DNA of 64,000 nt from an uncultured archaeon (GTDB lineage Archaea > Altiarchaeota > Altiarchaeia > JAFGQM01): positions 176-64,175 of the forward strand of contig CAYMNU010000010.1 of the NCBI GenBank assembly GCA_964391885.1, in the 5' to 3' direction. Of this stretch, positions 63,402 to 64,000 are shown one piece after another. The translations under genes and the position numbers were made by a program. How positions within the stretch are numbered: the stretch's first letter is position 1; every line of letters starts with the position of its first letter. The notes beneath the pieces were generated by a model, which did not search any database, had not been told where the DNA came from, and saw nothing but the letters and a program-made list of their open reading frames with translations.

Positions 63402-64000
63402 TTAATCAGCCTGCAGCTGCGCAGCCCTAAGGAACTCGTCTCTCTTGGCGCCCCAGGGGATGGTCGCATCAATGCCCCACTTCGTGGTCAGTCGCCTGTC
63501 GGAGTTCGGGTCTTCTTCTGCAGAAGGGTCGAGTGAAGACCCGGGCTGCCCCTCCATGATGACCAGATCCCTGTGCGCCTGGAAGCGCGTAGTGATTGCC
63601 CATTCCACGTCATTCGGGTCAAATAGGTCTATATCCTCATCCACTACTACAACATGCTTAAGCGACTTGTGGCCGTTGAAAGTCGCCTCAATCGCCTTCT
63701 TGCCGTCGCCTTCAGCCCTTTGCTTTATCTGTACGACACAGTGTAGCCAGGAGCATCCGCCGGGAGTGAGATTGACATTTTTGCAATCCACGACTTCTTT
63801 GACTGCTTTGTAAATCGTAGGCTCCTTGGGCATGCCCATGAGAAGGCGATGCTCTGTCTTGCCCGGGACGATGGCCTGGTATATTGGATCTTTTCTGTGC
63901 GTTATCTTCTTGATGGTGACGACAGGCTGTTCTCTGAAAGCATCATAAGTTCCGGTCATGTCGACGAATTTCCCTTCTTGTACTTTCTCATCGAAAGAGA
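63402..64000 (-). CDS. UbiD-family decarboxylase (C-terminal part; 5' end outside window), putative anhydromevalonate-phosphate decarboxylase
   Basis: The frame stays open upstream of the listed Met to the window edge (…EGKFVDMTGTYD matches the UbiD EGPFGE.TGYY region). Immediately upstream of AcnX. Confidence 0.8.
   Translation of the reverse strand, partial: SFDEKVQEGKFVDMTGTYDAFREQPVVTIKKITHRKDPIYQAIVPGKTEHRLLMGMPKEPTIYKAVKEVVDCKNVNLTPGGCSWLHCVVQIKQRAEGDGKKAIEATFNGHKSLKHVVVVDEDIDLFDPNDVEWAITTRFQAHRDLVIMEGQPGSSLDPSAEEDPNSDRRLTTKWGIDATIPWGAKRDEFLRAAQLQAD

Noticed and set aside
1-64000. Scan for CRISPR arrays, rRNA genes, transposases, integrases, inteins and prophage genes
   Set aside because: No regularly spaced direct repeats, no rRNA-like conserved blocks, no DDE or tyrosine-recombinase motifs in any listed ORF, and no size anomalies in PolD, ThrRS or PpsA that would suggest inteins.

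Overview
Archaeal chromosome segment, about 90% coding. No rRNA, CRISPR array, transposase or integrase was recognised. All protein calls come from motifs I recognise in the supplied translations; no database search was run. Archaeal origin is supported by the uS13-uS4-uS11-RpoD-L18e-uL13-uS9-RpoN-RpoK-uS2 gene string, PolD large subunit, Orc1/Cdc6, an archaeal-type ThrRS, RNase J, NMNAT and phosphopantothenate synthetase, the ADH-synthase/DHQ-synthase-II shikimate entry, and the AcnX/UbiD mevalonate route. A small-genome (DPANN-like) lineage is only an inference. Layout: 1-15.9 kb holds an ECF-type ABC transporter, rpiA, the r-protein/RNAP operon with tRNA-Leu and tRNA-Pro, Memo, thrS, two MVK-like GHMP kinases, idi2, RNase J and tRNA-Cys. 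15.9-23.6 kb holds a nine-gene type IV pilus/archaellum-like operon plus a divergent KaiC/ArlH-like ATPase. 23.6-33.1 kb holds ppsA, orc1/cdc6, PolD-DP2 and a bacterial-type GAPDH. 33.3-45.6 kb holds aroA'/aroB'/aroD, CoA and NAD genes, gatCA, L30e-nusA, an M42 peptidase, RNase Z and queD. 45.2-51.6 kb holds an acetyl-CoA module (CoA-transferase::GNAT, fused ADP-forming ACS, free-standing Pta-N-like DRTGG protein) and an Mch-like gene. 51.6-60.2 kb is the most accessory-looking part. It has a 270-bp intergenic array of perfect hairpins and inverted repeats, then an island of Cys-rich secreted or membrane-anchored proteins: 3 x 144-bp coding tandem repeats, a membrane-tethered wHTH regulator, a DUF333-like protein and an 834-aa multidomain papain-like protease. 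60.2-64 kb is an operon of UbiD-like decarboxylase, AcnX large and small subunits, a Zn-ribbon membrane protein and stand-alone CoaB. The best candidates for something undescribed are the hairpin/IR element, the extracellular island with its regulator, the pilus locus with its KaiC-like partner, the ACS/DRTGG/GNAT module, and a pair of basic paralogous proteins at 38.0-39.0 kb.
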